A DNA stretch of 64,000 nt from a virus: positions 1 to 64,000 of IMG/VR virus record IMGVR_UViG_3300035695_000001; one strand, given 5' to 3'. Under the pieces are notes generated by a model. The model was not told where the DNA came from. It was given only the letters and a program-made list of their open reading frames with translations, and ran no database searches. Numbering within the stretch: position 1 is the first letter of the stretch; each line of letters opens with the position of its first letter. Positions 45,709 to 54,750 of the stretch are shown piece by piece. A program made the translations under genes and the position numbers.

Positions 45709-46763
45709 GCAAGCAGGACAAGGTGGTCGGCCACGGGCTGACGATCACGATCGAGACGATCCCGTGGAAGGAGTGCGGGAGGCTCCTGGAGGAGCACAAC
45801 GGCCGCAACCGGCCCCTGAGCATGACGATGGTCCAGCGCTACTCGCGGGACATGACCGCCAAGCGCTGGCCCCTCTTCCACCAGGGTGTCGCCTTCGACC
45901 ACGCCGGCAACCTGATCGACGGGCAGCACCGACTCGCAGCGGCCTACGCGGCGAAGGTCGACCTGCTCGTGGTGGTCTGTCGGTACACCGACGCCAAGGC
46001 CGGCGAAACGGCGATGATGCTGTGCGACACGGGCAAGTCCCGTTCGGTCGCGGACACCCTCGCCATCGGCGGCGTGATGAAGAAGGAACTGGCGCGGCAG
46101 GCAGCGCCGGTCGCCGGGCACGTCGCCTATCTGCTCAACATGGAGGCCGCCGCGAAGATGACCCGGCAGGAGATCGGCGACGTCTACCTCGCCAACCGTG
46201 AGGCGATCGACTGGGCCGTCACCACGCTCACCGAGAAGCGCTTCTCCGCTCCGCTCCGGGCATGCTTCGCCATCGCCTGGCTCACGGATGCAGCGAAGAC
46301 AGCCGAGTTCACCGCCCAGGTTCGGGAAGGCATCGGTGGCCCAGGCGCGGCGTCGTCCCTCTGGAACCGAGCGATGGCCGACGGGCAGTTGACCGGGATC
46401 CACAGCCTCGGGGAGACGCATCACGCGATGAACCGGGCCCTCCGGGTGCTCAAGGTCCACCTGAACGGCGAGGTGGCACCTCCCAAGTTGCACACCTCGG
46501 AGGAGGGGCTCAACTGGTTCCGAGCCCGCCTCAAGGTCGGTGCTCCTGTCCCCGACTCGGCGTCGGTCGCCATCGGGAAACTGCTCAACCAGGGCGGCAC
46601 GTTCAAGGTAGCCGACATCGCCAGGACGCTCGACATGACCCCGGCCTACGTCAGCACGGTGGCCAGCGAGATGGCTTCGTCCGGGCAGATCCGCAAGGTC
46701 GGCAAGGGCGTCTTCGCGACCATCGTCCAGCCGGACCCCTCGCCGGAACACGACTCGCCGTGA
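45705..46763 (+). CDS. ParB-like (DGQHR) protein with C-terminal winged HTH
   Basis: NRPLS...Y.RDM...W, LIDGQHRL and DTG..RS motifs; C-terminal VADIARTLDMTPAYVS. Confidence 0.8.
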   Translation: MSKQDKVVGHGLTITIETIPWKECGRLLEEHNGRNRPLSMTMVQRYSRDMTAKRWPLFHQGVAFDHAGNLIDGQHRLAAAYAAKVDLLVVVCRYTDAKAGETAMMLCDTGKSRSVADTLAIGGVMKKELARQAAPVAGHVAYLLNMEAAAKMTRQEIGDVYLANREAIDWAVTTLTEKRFSAPLRACFAIAWLTDAAKTAEFTAQVREGIGGPGAASSLWNRAMADGQLTGIHSLGETHHAMNRALRVLKVHLNGEVAPPKLHTSEEGLNWFRARLKVGAPVPDSASVAIGKLLNQGGTFKVADIARTLDMTPAYVSTVASEMASSGQIRKVGKGVFATIVQPDPSPEHDSP

Positions 46764-46861
46764 CGGCCTACTTGACGGCGCTGGCCTTCCGGATCGCGGC
46801 GTGCAGTTCCCGAGCCCTCACCCTGCCCATCTAGCAGGCGCGGCCGTGCTACACGGGCCCC

Positions 46862-47455
46862 ATGGACCTGACCACCTTGGCGGCTGCCGCCCTGACCACC
46901 ATCCATGCCCTCTCGCCCGTCTCCGCCCCGCACGAGCGGCTCCCCGGCTGGGACGAGACCCAGGACCAACGTAGCACCCGGTACGCATCGATCGCTCAAG
47001 ACGTCGCCGGGGCAGCGGTCGACGCCTGCCTGACCAGCCCGAACCAGGACACCTGCCAGCGCTGGTCCGTCTCCGCCCTCTTGGGTGTGGCGAACCACGA
47101 GAGCGGATTCCAGCCCGACGTGGACATCGGGCCATGCTACCGGGGCAAGGACGGCAAGAGCCCCAGGTGCGACGGGGGCCGATCCGTCTCCATGTGGCAG
47201 ATCCTGACGGGCGGCGAGGAGCGAGAGGTCTTCGCTCACGATCGGAAGGCTGCGGCCCGCCGTGCCCTCCGGTCCATCTCGCGGAGCATGGGCGCGTGCC
47301 GCAAGGCTCCCAACGAGGAGCGTCTCAGCGCCTACGCTGGTGGGCGGTGCGACAACCACATGGGGCAGCGGCGCGCCCGTGAACTCTGGCACGACATCCT
47401 GCGGGCCCAGCGCTCACTCGACCAGGCCATCGCTCGGGCTGGTGAAGTCGGGTAG
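46862..47455 (+). CDS. secreted lysozyme-like/lytic transglycosylase protein
   Basis: Hydrophobic N-terminus; HESGF, DGGRS.S.WQI and AYAGG motifs. Confidence 0.65.
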   Translation: MDLTTLAAAALTTIHALSPVSAPHERLPGWDETQDQRSTRYASIAQDVAGAAVDACLTSPNQDTCQRWSVSALLGVANHESGFQPDVDIGPCYRGKDGKSPRCDGGRSVSMWQILTGGEEREVFAHDRKAAARRALRSISRSMGACRKAPNEERLSAYAGGRCDNHMGQRRARELWHDILRAQRSLDQAIARAGEVG

Positions 47456-47481
47456 CCTCCGCACAGAAAGCGAGGCCCATC

Positions 47482-47769
47482 ATGGGTACGTGGAAGATCG
47501 AGATCACGGGCACGGGCATCCACCACAACGGCAAGCCGGAGGACGCGGACGTGCTCGCCCGCAAGTTGGTCGCCGACCTGCAAGCCGCGGGGAGCACCGT
47601 GCGCGAGGCGAGCTTCTCGCTGACCTACACCAGCACGGTGGGCGACAAGACCGTGGAGATGCCGGCCGCCCCCGGATGCGAAGGCTGGACCGACCTGCTC
47701 ATCGACCCGCCGGCCAAGGACATCACCGTTTCCGCTGAGCCTGGATCTGGCCCCCCCCCGCCGAAGTGA
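47482..47769 (+). CDS. hypothetical protein
   Basis: High GC3; coupled to next gene. Confidence 0.65.
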   Translation: MGTWKIEITGTGIHHNGKPEDADVLARKLVADLQAAGSTVREASFSLTYTSTVGDKTVEMPAAPGCEGWTDLLIDPPAKDITVSAEPGSGPPPPK

Positions 47770-48338
47770 CTCTCGCGGACCAGATCCTGGTCGGGCTCGC
47801 GCTGGGGACAGCCCCCTTCGCTGTCCTCCGCCGGGGTCTCGTCCCAGTCGCCCTGACCCTAGCCGCCATGGCCGGCACCGCTGTCGTGCTGGCCCTCTCC
47901 CCCCCGCCCTTCCTCGCTCGGGTCCTCTTCACCGCCTGGCCTGCCCCCATGGCTGCCCTGGCGGTCCACGCCTTCGGGGCCAAGTCCAAGGCCCTGCCGG
48001 TCCTCGCAGGCTTCCTGTACGCCGGTCTCCTGGCAGCCCTGCTCCGGGAGGTGCCCGACGTCGCTGCCATGCCAGAGGCGAACCGAGCGGCCCTCTACCT
48101 GCTCATCTACCGCGCCAGCCGGCTAACAGGGCTCGCGGTAGTTAGCCAGGTCTTGCGTCGCCCCAGGACCCTCCCCCAGGCTGCCGCCGTGGTCCTGGCC
48201 CTCTCCGCGGCTTGGGACGTCGTGATCTGGTTCACCAGTGCCCCGTGGCGTTCTTGGTCCGCCCCCAACGTGCTTGCGGGCGTGACGTGGGCCGTCCTTT
48301 CGGCGATGATCCTCGGATGGAGGAAGCGGCAGAAATGA
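47766..48338 (+). CDS. multi-pass membrane protein
   Basis: About 6 hydrophobic segments. Confidence 0.7.
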   Translation: MTLADQILVGLALGTAPFAVLRRGLVPVALTLAAMAGTAVVLALSPPPFLARVLFTAWPAPMAALAVHAFGAKSKALPVLAGFLYAGLLAALLREVPDVAAMPEANRAALYLLIYRASRLTGLAVVSQVLRRPRTLPQAAAVVLALSAAWDVVIWFTSAPWRSWSAPNVLAGVTWAVLSAMILGWRKRQK

Positions 48339-48568
48339 TAGGGCCAGCGATGGGGTTCTTGGTGACGGTCGCGGTGCTCCTGCTCCTGCTCCAGGGCGCA
48401 ACGCTCGCGTACATGCGCGGGATCTTCATCCGCCTCGCCCCGCCAGAGCCCACGCCGAAGCCCGTTGGGCTCGCGCCGCAGTTTACCGCGCCGAGGGAGA
48501 GCAGCGATCCGCCTGCCCCGGCCCCTTCGCGTCCTGGGCGTCTCCCTCCGCCGCCTCGCGCTCGGTGA
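48335..48568 (+). CDS. single-TM Pro-rich protein
   Basis: SD GGAGG; ATGA coupling. Confidence 0.55.
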   Translation: MIGPAMGFLVTVAVLLLLLQGATLAYMRGIFIRLAPPEPTPKPVGLAPQFTAPRESSDPPAPAPSRPGRLPPPPRAR

Positions 48569-48710
48569 CCACCGGGGGGATCTCCGGCTCGTCCACGTCG
48601 TCCTCTGGTCGACCTCGTAGCGCAGCGTTCAGCTTGCGGAGCAGGCGCAGCGTGGTGCTCGGGGTCCCGTCGAGGCGCAGGGTCGCATCGGCGACGGCTT
48701 GCATGGTCAC
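48483..48710 (-). CDS. small hypothetical protein
   Basis: GTGA coupling with the 48707 gene; overlaps the convergent gene. Confidence 0.35.
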   Translation of the reverse strand: MTMQAVADATLRLDGTPSTTLRLLRKLNAALRGRPEDDVDEPEIPPVVTEREAAEGDAQDAKGPGQADRCSPSAR

Positions 48711-49174
48711 TTCGATCTCTCCTGGAGGGCCTTGAGTCCCTCCTGCAAGAAGCGCAGCGTCGTCAACGCTTCGACGACCTGTAGTTGGATCCCCAGCCAA
48801 GCCTTGCGGTCCGCGTCCTTCGCCTCGCGGTCCCTCCCCTGCTCCCGCTCCAGGGCCGCGGCGCGTTCTGTGACCACGTTGAGGTCGTGCTCGACCTTCC
48901 GCATGGCGGTTTCGAGTTGCTCCACCGCGCCGATCGACGGGAAACTCCCGGTGATCTGGCGGCTCTCCGACCGCAAGGCTGCGAACTGCTCCCGCGCCGC
49001 CTTGATCTCGCCCTGGACGAAGGCTTCGAGGGCGGCCTGGCGGTCGTTCGCCGCCTTCTCGATCGCCGCCTTCTCCTTCGGGCGCTGGACGACCGCGGTG
49101 ACGATCTGGACGACCCCACCGATGGCAGCAACCCCCAACGCGATCCAGCCGGGAGCCGTCGATGGGTCTGCCAT
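48707..49174 (-). CDS. TM plus coiled-coil protein (holin/XhlA-like candidate)
   Basis: N-terminal TM then heptad repeats; TACCTT 6 nt before ATG. Confidence 0.65.
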   Translation of the reverse strand: MADPSTAPGWIALGVAAIGGVVQIVTAVVQRPKEKAAIEKAANDRQAALEAFVQGEIKAAREQFAALRSESRQITGSFPSIGAVEQLETAMRKVEHDLNVVTERAAALEREQGRDREAKDADRKAWLGIQLQVVEALTTLRFLQEGLKALQERSK

Positions 49175-49218
49175 AGGCAGAAGGTAGCCCGAAATACGGC
49201 ATCCTGGCCAGCAAGGAC

Positions 49219-49465
49219 AAAAAGACGAAGGGCCCGGACACCCTTTCGGCTGGCCGAGCCCTACTCCGGCAGCTCCCTCTCCCGCGGCTTCGCCGAGCCC
49301 CTCCCCGCGGTACTTCTCCGCGCTTCATCGGGTCCGGCACGTTCCGGTGGGGAACGGTGAGGTTTCTTGCTGCCAGCCCCTGGAACGCTTTCATGGGCTG
49401 GGTACGGGCGACGTCCGTCAGCAACGTTCCCAGCGTCACCGTGAAGCCAGCCGAGTAGGCGTCCT
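49219..49465 (-). ncRNA. candidate structured non-coding RNA with intrinsic terminator
   Basis: Long closing stem, nested hairpins, GAAA-capped terminal hairpin and U5; begins just downstream of an operator. Confidence 0.5.
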
Positions 49466-49472
49466 GACCCAC

Positions 49473-49481
49473 TGCTAGACA
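49473..49481. promoter_or_regulatory. operator ACTGCTAGACAGT
   Basis: Exact motif in a divergent intergenic region. Confidence 0.7.
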
Positions 49482-49634
49482 GTCCAGGCGGGATACGCCT
49501 GGCACGGTCCAGGGACACGCCTGATTGACCCGGCCGCTCGCTACCCCCATCCTCGCCACGCAACGAAAAAGCCGGGCCGAGCGACTCCTTCGCCCAGCCC
49601 GGCCGTTTAGGACCCCCAACCGACTGGAGATCCC

Positions 49635-50366
49635 ATGCTCAACCCTTACGCGCTTCATGTCCTGGCCGCCATCGCGGCAAGCCTGCTTCTTCCTCGGTAC
49701 GTTCACGACAAGCCCACCGATGGGCCCTACCCCCTCACCAGGGGCGCCCGTCTCGCCTCCATGGCCATCGTCCTCGGCTACGCGGTCGCCCCGACCTTCA
49801 CGGGGAAGGCGTGCATCGTCCTCGACGCCGTCCTGGCGGTCCCCTTCGGGATCCGTCTCTGGAACGACTGCGCCGACCTCCTGCGCCGTCGAGCCCCCCG
49901 CGGGCTCCCCCTCGCCGTGGTCGCCTTCGGGCTGCTCGGACTCGCCACCCAGGCCGCATGCAACAGCGAAGCCCCTGTGGACCCCTGCAAGTACAGGTTC
50001 TGCGGGGACGGTGGGCCCGTGGGCGACGCTGGGACGGGCGGCTCCACGACCAGCACCAGCGAGATCACTGGTACGACGAGCACAAGCACGACCACCACGA
50101 CGCTGATCGGCGATGCCTCAACCGACAGCGATGCGGGCGGTGACGGTGGGACCGGCCTCCTCTACCCGTGTCCTGGCCCAGGGTCGGTGTGCGAGGCCGT
50201 TGGCGGTCAGCATGGCGTCTGCGACGTCAACAACGCCTGCTGCTTCGGCTGCATCGCCGACGGTCTCGTCTGCGAGCCTGGGGACACCCCGAGCGCCTGC
50301 GGCTCGGATGCGACCTGCATGACGTGCTCGGCGGGTCAGCAGTGCGTCCAGGGGGTGTGCAAGTGA
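49635..50366 (+). CDS. membrane protein with Cys-rich myxobacterial-type extracellular domain
   Basis: N-terminal TMs, QAAC lipobox-like site, Thr/Gly/DAG linker and Cys repeats. Confidence 0.75.
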   Translation: MLNPYALHVLAAIAASLLLPRYVHDKPTDGPYPLTRGARLASMAIVLGYAVAPTFTGKACIVLDAVLAVPFGIRLWNDCADLLRRRAPRGLPLAVVAFGLLGLATQAACNSEAPVDPCKYRFCGDGGPVGDAGTGGSTTSTSEITGTTSTSTTTTTLIGDASTDSDAGGDGGTGLLYPCPGPGSVCEAVGGQHGVCDVNNACCFGCIADGLVCEPGDTPSACGSDATCMTCSAGQQCVQGVCK

Positions 50367-50752
50367 ACCGCCCCATCCTCGTGCTCTGCGCCGTCACCAT
50401 GCTGCTCGTCGGAGCCTGCTCCGCTGGCGGGCTCCTCGACGTCACCACATCGTCTGGTGGCGGAGCAGGTACCGGCGGGGCTGCCGCCGACGCTGGGGCC
50501 GATGCACTCCCGTCTCCGTGCGCAGCGCAAGAGCCGACGTGCCCGACGGCTCCGCACGGGTCGGTGTGCAGGCTCATCCCTGGAGGACCCTGCGACGTCC
50601 TCGTCTGCGACCACGGCTGGAACGACTGCGATGGCAACATCTTCCCCAACGGCTGCGAGACCAACGTCGACAGCGACCAACTCAACTGCGGCGCCTGCGA
50701 CCACGCCTGTTCGCCGACGGTGGGCTCCTGCGTCCAAGGGGGCTGCAAGTGA
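50363..50752 (+). CDS. Cys-rich lipoprotein
   Basis: VGAC lipobox; DCDG...NGCET...D..NCGAC..AC myxobacterial repeat. Confidence 0.8.
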   Translation: MNRPILVLCAVTMLLVGACSAGGLLDVTTSSGGGAGTGGAAADAGADALPSPCAAQEPTCPTAPHGSVCRLIPGGPCDVLVCDHGWNDCDGNIFPNGCETNVDSDQLNCGACDHACSPTVGSCVQGGCK

Positions 50753-51228
50753 GCCGCGCCATCTTCGCTACGCTCACTCTTGGGCTCGTCGCCGTCGGGT
50801 GCGGCGAGTTCCCCTGCGCCGACTCGAACACCGGCGGAGACACCGGCGGAGCGCGAACGTGCCAGGACGGTGGCTGCCAGATTCCGCCTGCCGTCGCCGA
50901 CATGCCCCCGTGCTCGTCGCTCGCCGACTGCGCCAAGTACCTGAGCCCCGGGCCGTGCGGCACGCTGGCCTGCGACGAGAGCGGAACCCTGGGGCTGCCA
51001 CCAAACCCATACGTCCCGCCTGGCTGCTACATCCGGATCACTCCGGCGTGCGAGACCACCAGCAACATCGGCGGCCCGTGCTCGGTGGACTCCGACTGCC
51101 TCCCGATCAAGTGCTACACGCCTACCTGCATGGATGGCGTGTGCGACTCGCCGCCGGAACCTGCTGGCACCCCGTGCGACGCAGCATCGGTCTGCGACGG
51201 CGTAGGGCACTGCAAGCCGCAGGGCTGA
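50749..51228 (+). CDS. Cys-rich lipoprotein
   Basis: AVGC lipobox; GTPC....VCDG.G.C repeat. Confidence 0.8.
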   Translation: MSRAIFATLTLGLVAVGCGEFPCADSNTGGDTGGARTCQDGGCQIPPAVADMPPCSSLADCAKYLSPGPCGTLACDESGTLGLPPNPYVPPGCYIRITPACETTSNIGGPCSVDSDCLPIKCYTPTCMDGVCDSPPEPAGTPCDAASVCDGVGHCKPQG

Positions 51229-51235
51229 CCGACCG

Positions 51236-52357
51236 CTACGCCTCGAAGACTGCCCATCCGACTACATCCCAGAGGATGATCAGCCCGACCAACACGGTCT
51301 CGATGGTGATGGCCTTGATCGTCCCGGCCGCTGGCGGGGCAAAGGCCGCGATGAGACCGCTCGCAGAATCCTTCAAGTTCACGCTCCCCGTGTTCTTCGT
51401 CTGGTAGGTTCCGGCGGCCCCGGCCGACACCTCCGTCCCAGGAACTACGAAGGTGCAGCGGACGCCCTCGTCGATTGGCCCGCCGCCAGGGGCGCCGACG
51501 TTCGGGTCCGAGAGCGTCACGTCATACGCAGCCCCAGAGTTGTGCAGCCACACCGTGTCGTATGCGTCCGCATGGAGATTGCCGCCGGGAGCGCTGGAGA
51601 TGCTCACCGTGCGGTGAACGATGCCGGGCACGCCAGACAGATGGATCGGCCCGTTCGCCCGGAGCGCAGCACCGATCCCAGCGGGTGTCGCCTGGATCGC
51701 GTCGCCGTTGGGCGCCCCACCGAAGAACTGGCCACCAGCCCCGGACGTGGCACCGCCCGTAAAGTAGCCGCCCGCGCCGCTCCCAAACCCAGTCCCCTCG
51801 CAGCCGTTGCTGTTGCCAGCCTGGCCGAAGAAAGACCCCCCAGGGCCTGACGTCGCGCCACCGACCCCAGTGACGCCTGAACCCGTCGCGCCGCCCACAC
51901 CAGCCAGTCCAGCGCCGCTACCGTGGCCTGCGCCGAGCCAGCCGTAGTTGTTCCCGCCACCAGCCGCCGCAGCACCGCCAGGGGCGTTGCTAGCGCCCGT
52001 AGCCTGGAGACCCTCTCCAGTCGTGCCACCGCCGATGAAGTGGCCCCCCCACCCGTTCGCCGCCCCACCCGTGGAGACGGTGCCGTACGCGCCGCCATCA
52101 CCCGTAGCGGTGACGCCTGGACGCCCAGACCCGGTCGCAGCGGGCGCGTCGAAGTAGGTGGCGGTGAACTGAGCGTCGACCTGCCAGCGCCCGCCGCCGC
52201 TCGGGAAGGCGAGCACGGAGGCCGGCGCGAGCGCGTACGTCCCGCCCTGCAAGCCATCCACAGCGCTGGCCATCACGACCCGCCAGGTATTGATGACCGA
52301 CGCGGGGATGGTACTCACCCCGTCGATGGCGGGAACCTGGGGGGTCAAGCCGAACAT
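51236..52357 (-). CDS. Gly-rich tail fibre protein
   Basis: G-x-G-x-x-G-x-GG repeats; located at the end of the tail module. Confidence 0.7.
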   Translation of the reverse strand: MFGLTPQVPAIDGVSTIPASVINTWRVVMASAVDGLQGGTYALAPASVLAFPSGGGRWQVDAQFTATYFDAPAATGSGRPGVTATGDGGAYGTVSTGGAANGWGGHFIGGGTTGEGLQATGASNAPGGAAAAGGGNNYGWLGAGHGSGAGLAGVGGATGSGVTGVGGATSGPGGSFFGQAGNSNGCEGTGFGSGAGGYFTGGATSGAGGQFFGGAPNGDAIQATPAGIGAALRANGPIHLSGVPGIVHRTVSISSAPGGNLHADAYDTVWLHNSGAAYDVTLSDPNVGAPGGGPIDEGVRCTFVVPGTEVSAGAAGTYQTKNTGSVNLKDSASGLIAAFAPPAAGTIKAITIETVLVGLIILWDVVGWAVFEA

Positions 52358-52377
52358 GCTGTAGTCCTATCTGCGCG

Positions 52378-53253
52378 TCAGAAGACGTTGGGGAAAGGCG
52401 TTGGCGGCGCGAGCATCCTTGCAAACTGGTACGCGCGGTCGCTGCGCCTCGACACGTAGCAATCGACCTGCTGGAGGATCCGGTAGAGCGAGTCGGGCGT
52501 GGCCAGCCCGAGCCCCGACAGCCCGGGAAGGAGCGCACTGATCGCTGGCGTGTTCAGGGCCAACTGGATCGTGCCCGACTTGAGCGGGTCAGGCTGCGTC
52601 ACGAGGAGCGGCTGGTTGCTCCAGTAGTACGGCGTCACGTTGTCGGGCCGCATGTACCAGCCGACCTCTCGACGAAGGCTCACCCAGAAGTCGAAGTCCG
52701 ACGTGAATGGGGTCCCGTCTGCCGCGCCTCCGTTGCAGGTGATCGAGATCGGCCAGACGTTGTCGCCTGGGCTCAGTTCAGACGGGATGAGAAGCGGGCC
52801 GTTGATCCCCACCAGCCCGCCAGAGAAGACGTGGCCCCCCTGGGTCGTGAGGACCAGCGTGCTCGTCGGGTAGCCCCACCCGCTCTTCCGCAGGTTGCTG
52901 GCCCTGTCGGAGAAGGTGCCATCCGCCTGCTGGGGGCCCGGCCAGGTGGGCAGGCCGTCGAGAGCCACCAAGAGCCTGCGGACGACCCCGCCGGAGATGT
53001 AGGCGTTGGCGTAGGGGACGGGGATCGTGAAGGTGTTCGCCCCCGTCACCGTGACCTGGAAGAAGCCGTTGGCCTCCCCGGTGCCGACGATCTCCGAGAT
53101 GTCGACCCAGTCGCCCGTGGTCCGCCCGTGAGCGATCGAGGTCTGGACCTGGACCAGCCCGCCAACGCTCGACGTGCCGACGACGCCCCCGCCGACAGCC
53201 GTACCTGGCTGCCGAAAGAAGGCGCGAGCCTGAGCATATGTCGAGCAGATCAT
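52378..53253 (-). CDS. tail/baseplate-associated protein (FCCH-like beta domain)
   Basis: AHGRTTGDWVDI..IVGT.EANG motif, shared with the 55393 gene. Confidence 0.7.
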   Translation of the reverse strand: MICSTYAQARAFFRQPGTAVGGGVVGTSSVGGLVQVQTSIAHGRTTGDWVDISEIVGTGEANGFFQVTVTGANTFTIPVPYANAYISGGVVRRLLVALDGLPTWPGPQQADGTFSDRASNLRKSGWGYPTSTLVLTTQGGHVFSGGLVGINGPLLIPSELSPGDNVWPISITCNGGAADGTPFTSDFDFWVSLRREVGWYMRPDNVTPYYWSNQPLLVTQPDPLKSGTIQLALNTPAISALLPGLSGLGLATPDSLYRILQQVDCYVSRRSDRAYQFARMLAPPTPFPNVF

Positions 53254-54035
53254 GCGGCTGCGTCGGTCGGCTTCGCGTCGGGATCCGGGTTGATGACGGT
53301 GGACGGCGGCACGGTCTGCTGAGCGCCCCACACCTCGGCGATGCAGGCGGCGCATGGCCGGCACACCGGGACGGGCTTCGTGACGTTGTGGGCCAGCGAG
53401 ACGGGCACGGTCGTCGACCCCTTGCCGGGCGGGTCGACCTTCGTGGCCACGCACCGCGAGCAGAGCGCCCCCTCGACGACGGGGGACTTGGCCTCCCGAT
53501 CGTCTGGCGAGAGCGACATCCACTCGGCCAGCGTCAGCGGCGGGGCCTCCGGAGCGGCGATGAGAGCGATGGGCGCGTCCACGACGCGGAGCACACGCAC
53601 GTCTGGCACGTCGCGGTGGTCGGTCGAGTTGACGGCGAACGCCCAGAGGCTCTCTCCGTTCGTCACCCCGGCAGCCTTGATCCCGGCGTCGAGTTGCTGG
53701 CGTGTGAGGCCGAACATCTGGCCGTACTGCTCCAACCGGAGCGCGATCACGGCGGGCGCGGTCATGCACCTCGACGCGCCTGGCCAGCGGTCCTCGATGA
53801 TCCTGCTCCCGACCGGATCGTCCGGCGTGGCGATGAGCAGGATCGGGTCGGCGCCGGTGCGATCGATGTGCTCCGCGCGTCGGGCCATGGCGACGGCGAA
53901 CGCCTCGCGGGCCGCACCGATGAGCCGCCCCTCGGGCCCCCTCGGCGTCTGCGGGACCGTCGATGGGTCCAGTACGAAAGCTCCGCCTGGGTTCGAGAAG
54001 GTGAGGAGCGTGGTGTGGGTCTTGGGGTCGTCCAT
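53250..54035 (-). CDS. hypothetical protein with C-terminal Zn finger
   Basis: CSRC...CRPC; TAGCAT 7 nt before ATG 54035. Confidence 0.65.
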   Translation of the reverse strand: MDDPKTHTTLLTFSNPGGAFVLDPSTVPQTPRGPEGRLIGAAREAFAVAMARRAEHIDRTGADPILLIATPDDPVGSRIIEDRWPGASRCMTAPAVIALRLEQYGQMFGLTRQQLDAGIKAAGVTNGESLWAFAVNSTDHRDVPDVRVLRVVDAPIALIAAPEAPPLTLAEWMSLSPDDREAKSPVVEGALCSRCVATKVDPPGKGSTTVPVSLAHNVTKPVPVCRPCAACIAEVWGAQQTVPPSTVINPDPDAKPTDAAA

Positions 54036-54050
54036 GCCGGTCATGCTACC

Positions 54051-54725
54051 TCAGTGGACTCCGGGGAGCGTAGGCTGCTCGACGACCTTATTGGCCTTGG
54101 GCTTCTTCGGCTTGCGCTTTAGCGTCGACGGAGGCTCCGCGCCGTGGAGCACGGACCATTTCTCGACGTAGTCCGCCGCAGCGCGAAGGACCATAGAGTC
54201 GTCGCGCATGGCCCCGACGCCGAAGTTGCACAGGTGACACAGGAGCGCTCGCACCTTGCCAGTTACGTGGTCATGGTCGACAGACAGTCGTCCCTTGCTT
54301 CTTTTGTTTTGGCACGGCTTATGGCAAATCGCGCACACGCCGTTCTGTGCGACGACCATCGCGTCATACTGCTCTGCGGTGAGGCCAAATTTACGACGGA
54401 GATGGCCGGCGCGAGCTGTCGCAGTATACGCTTCTTTCCTATCGTTCCTGTTCTTTGCCGACTTCTCGGCCTGCTTCTTCCTGAATTCGGCCAGTTCTTG
54501 TTCAGACATTCGCGCGATACGCGCTTCGCGACACTTCCTTTGTCTCTCTGGGCTCTGTGAACGACGCTTCGCGTCGGCGGTCCTCCCGTGGGACAGAACC
54601 TTGTCCTTGTTACGGCCGCGCCACTCTTTTGTGGAATCCTGGATGGCCTGGTACCTTGCCGGGTCCGCTTGTGCTGTTCGCCGTCGCTGTTTCCCTGACT
54701 TAGACAGTTCGTTGAATGGTTTCAT
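54051..54725 (-). CDS. endonuclease VII-family (HNH-like) nuclease, probable homing endonuclease
   Basis: FGLT..QY..M...Q.GVCAIC and VDHDH.TGKVR.LLC..CN motifs; lower GC than flanks. Confidence 0.9.
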   Translation of the reverse strand: MKPFNELSKSGKQRRRTAQADPARYQAIQDSTKEWRGRNKDKVLSHGRTADAKRRSQSPERQRKCREARIARMSEQELAEFRKKQAEKSAKNRNDRKEAYTATARAGHLRRKFGLTAEQYDAMVVAQNGVCAICHKPCQNKRSKGRLSVDHDHVTGKVRALLCHLCNFGVGAMRDDSMVLRAAADYVEKWSVLHGAEPPSTLKRKPKKPKANKVVEQPTLPGVH

Positions 54726-54750
54726 TGTCCGATGGTACCACGGCGTACGG

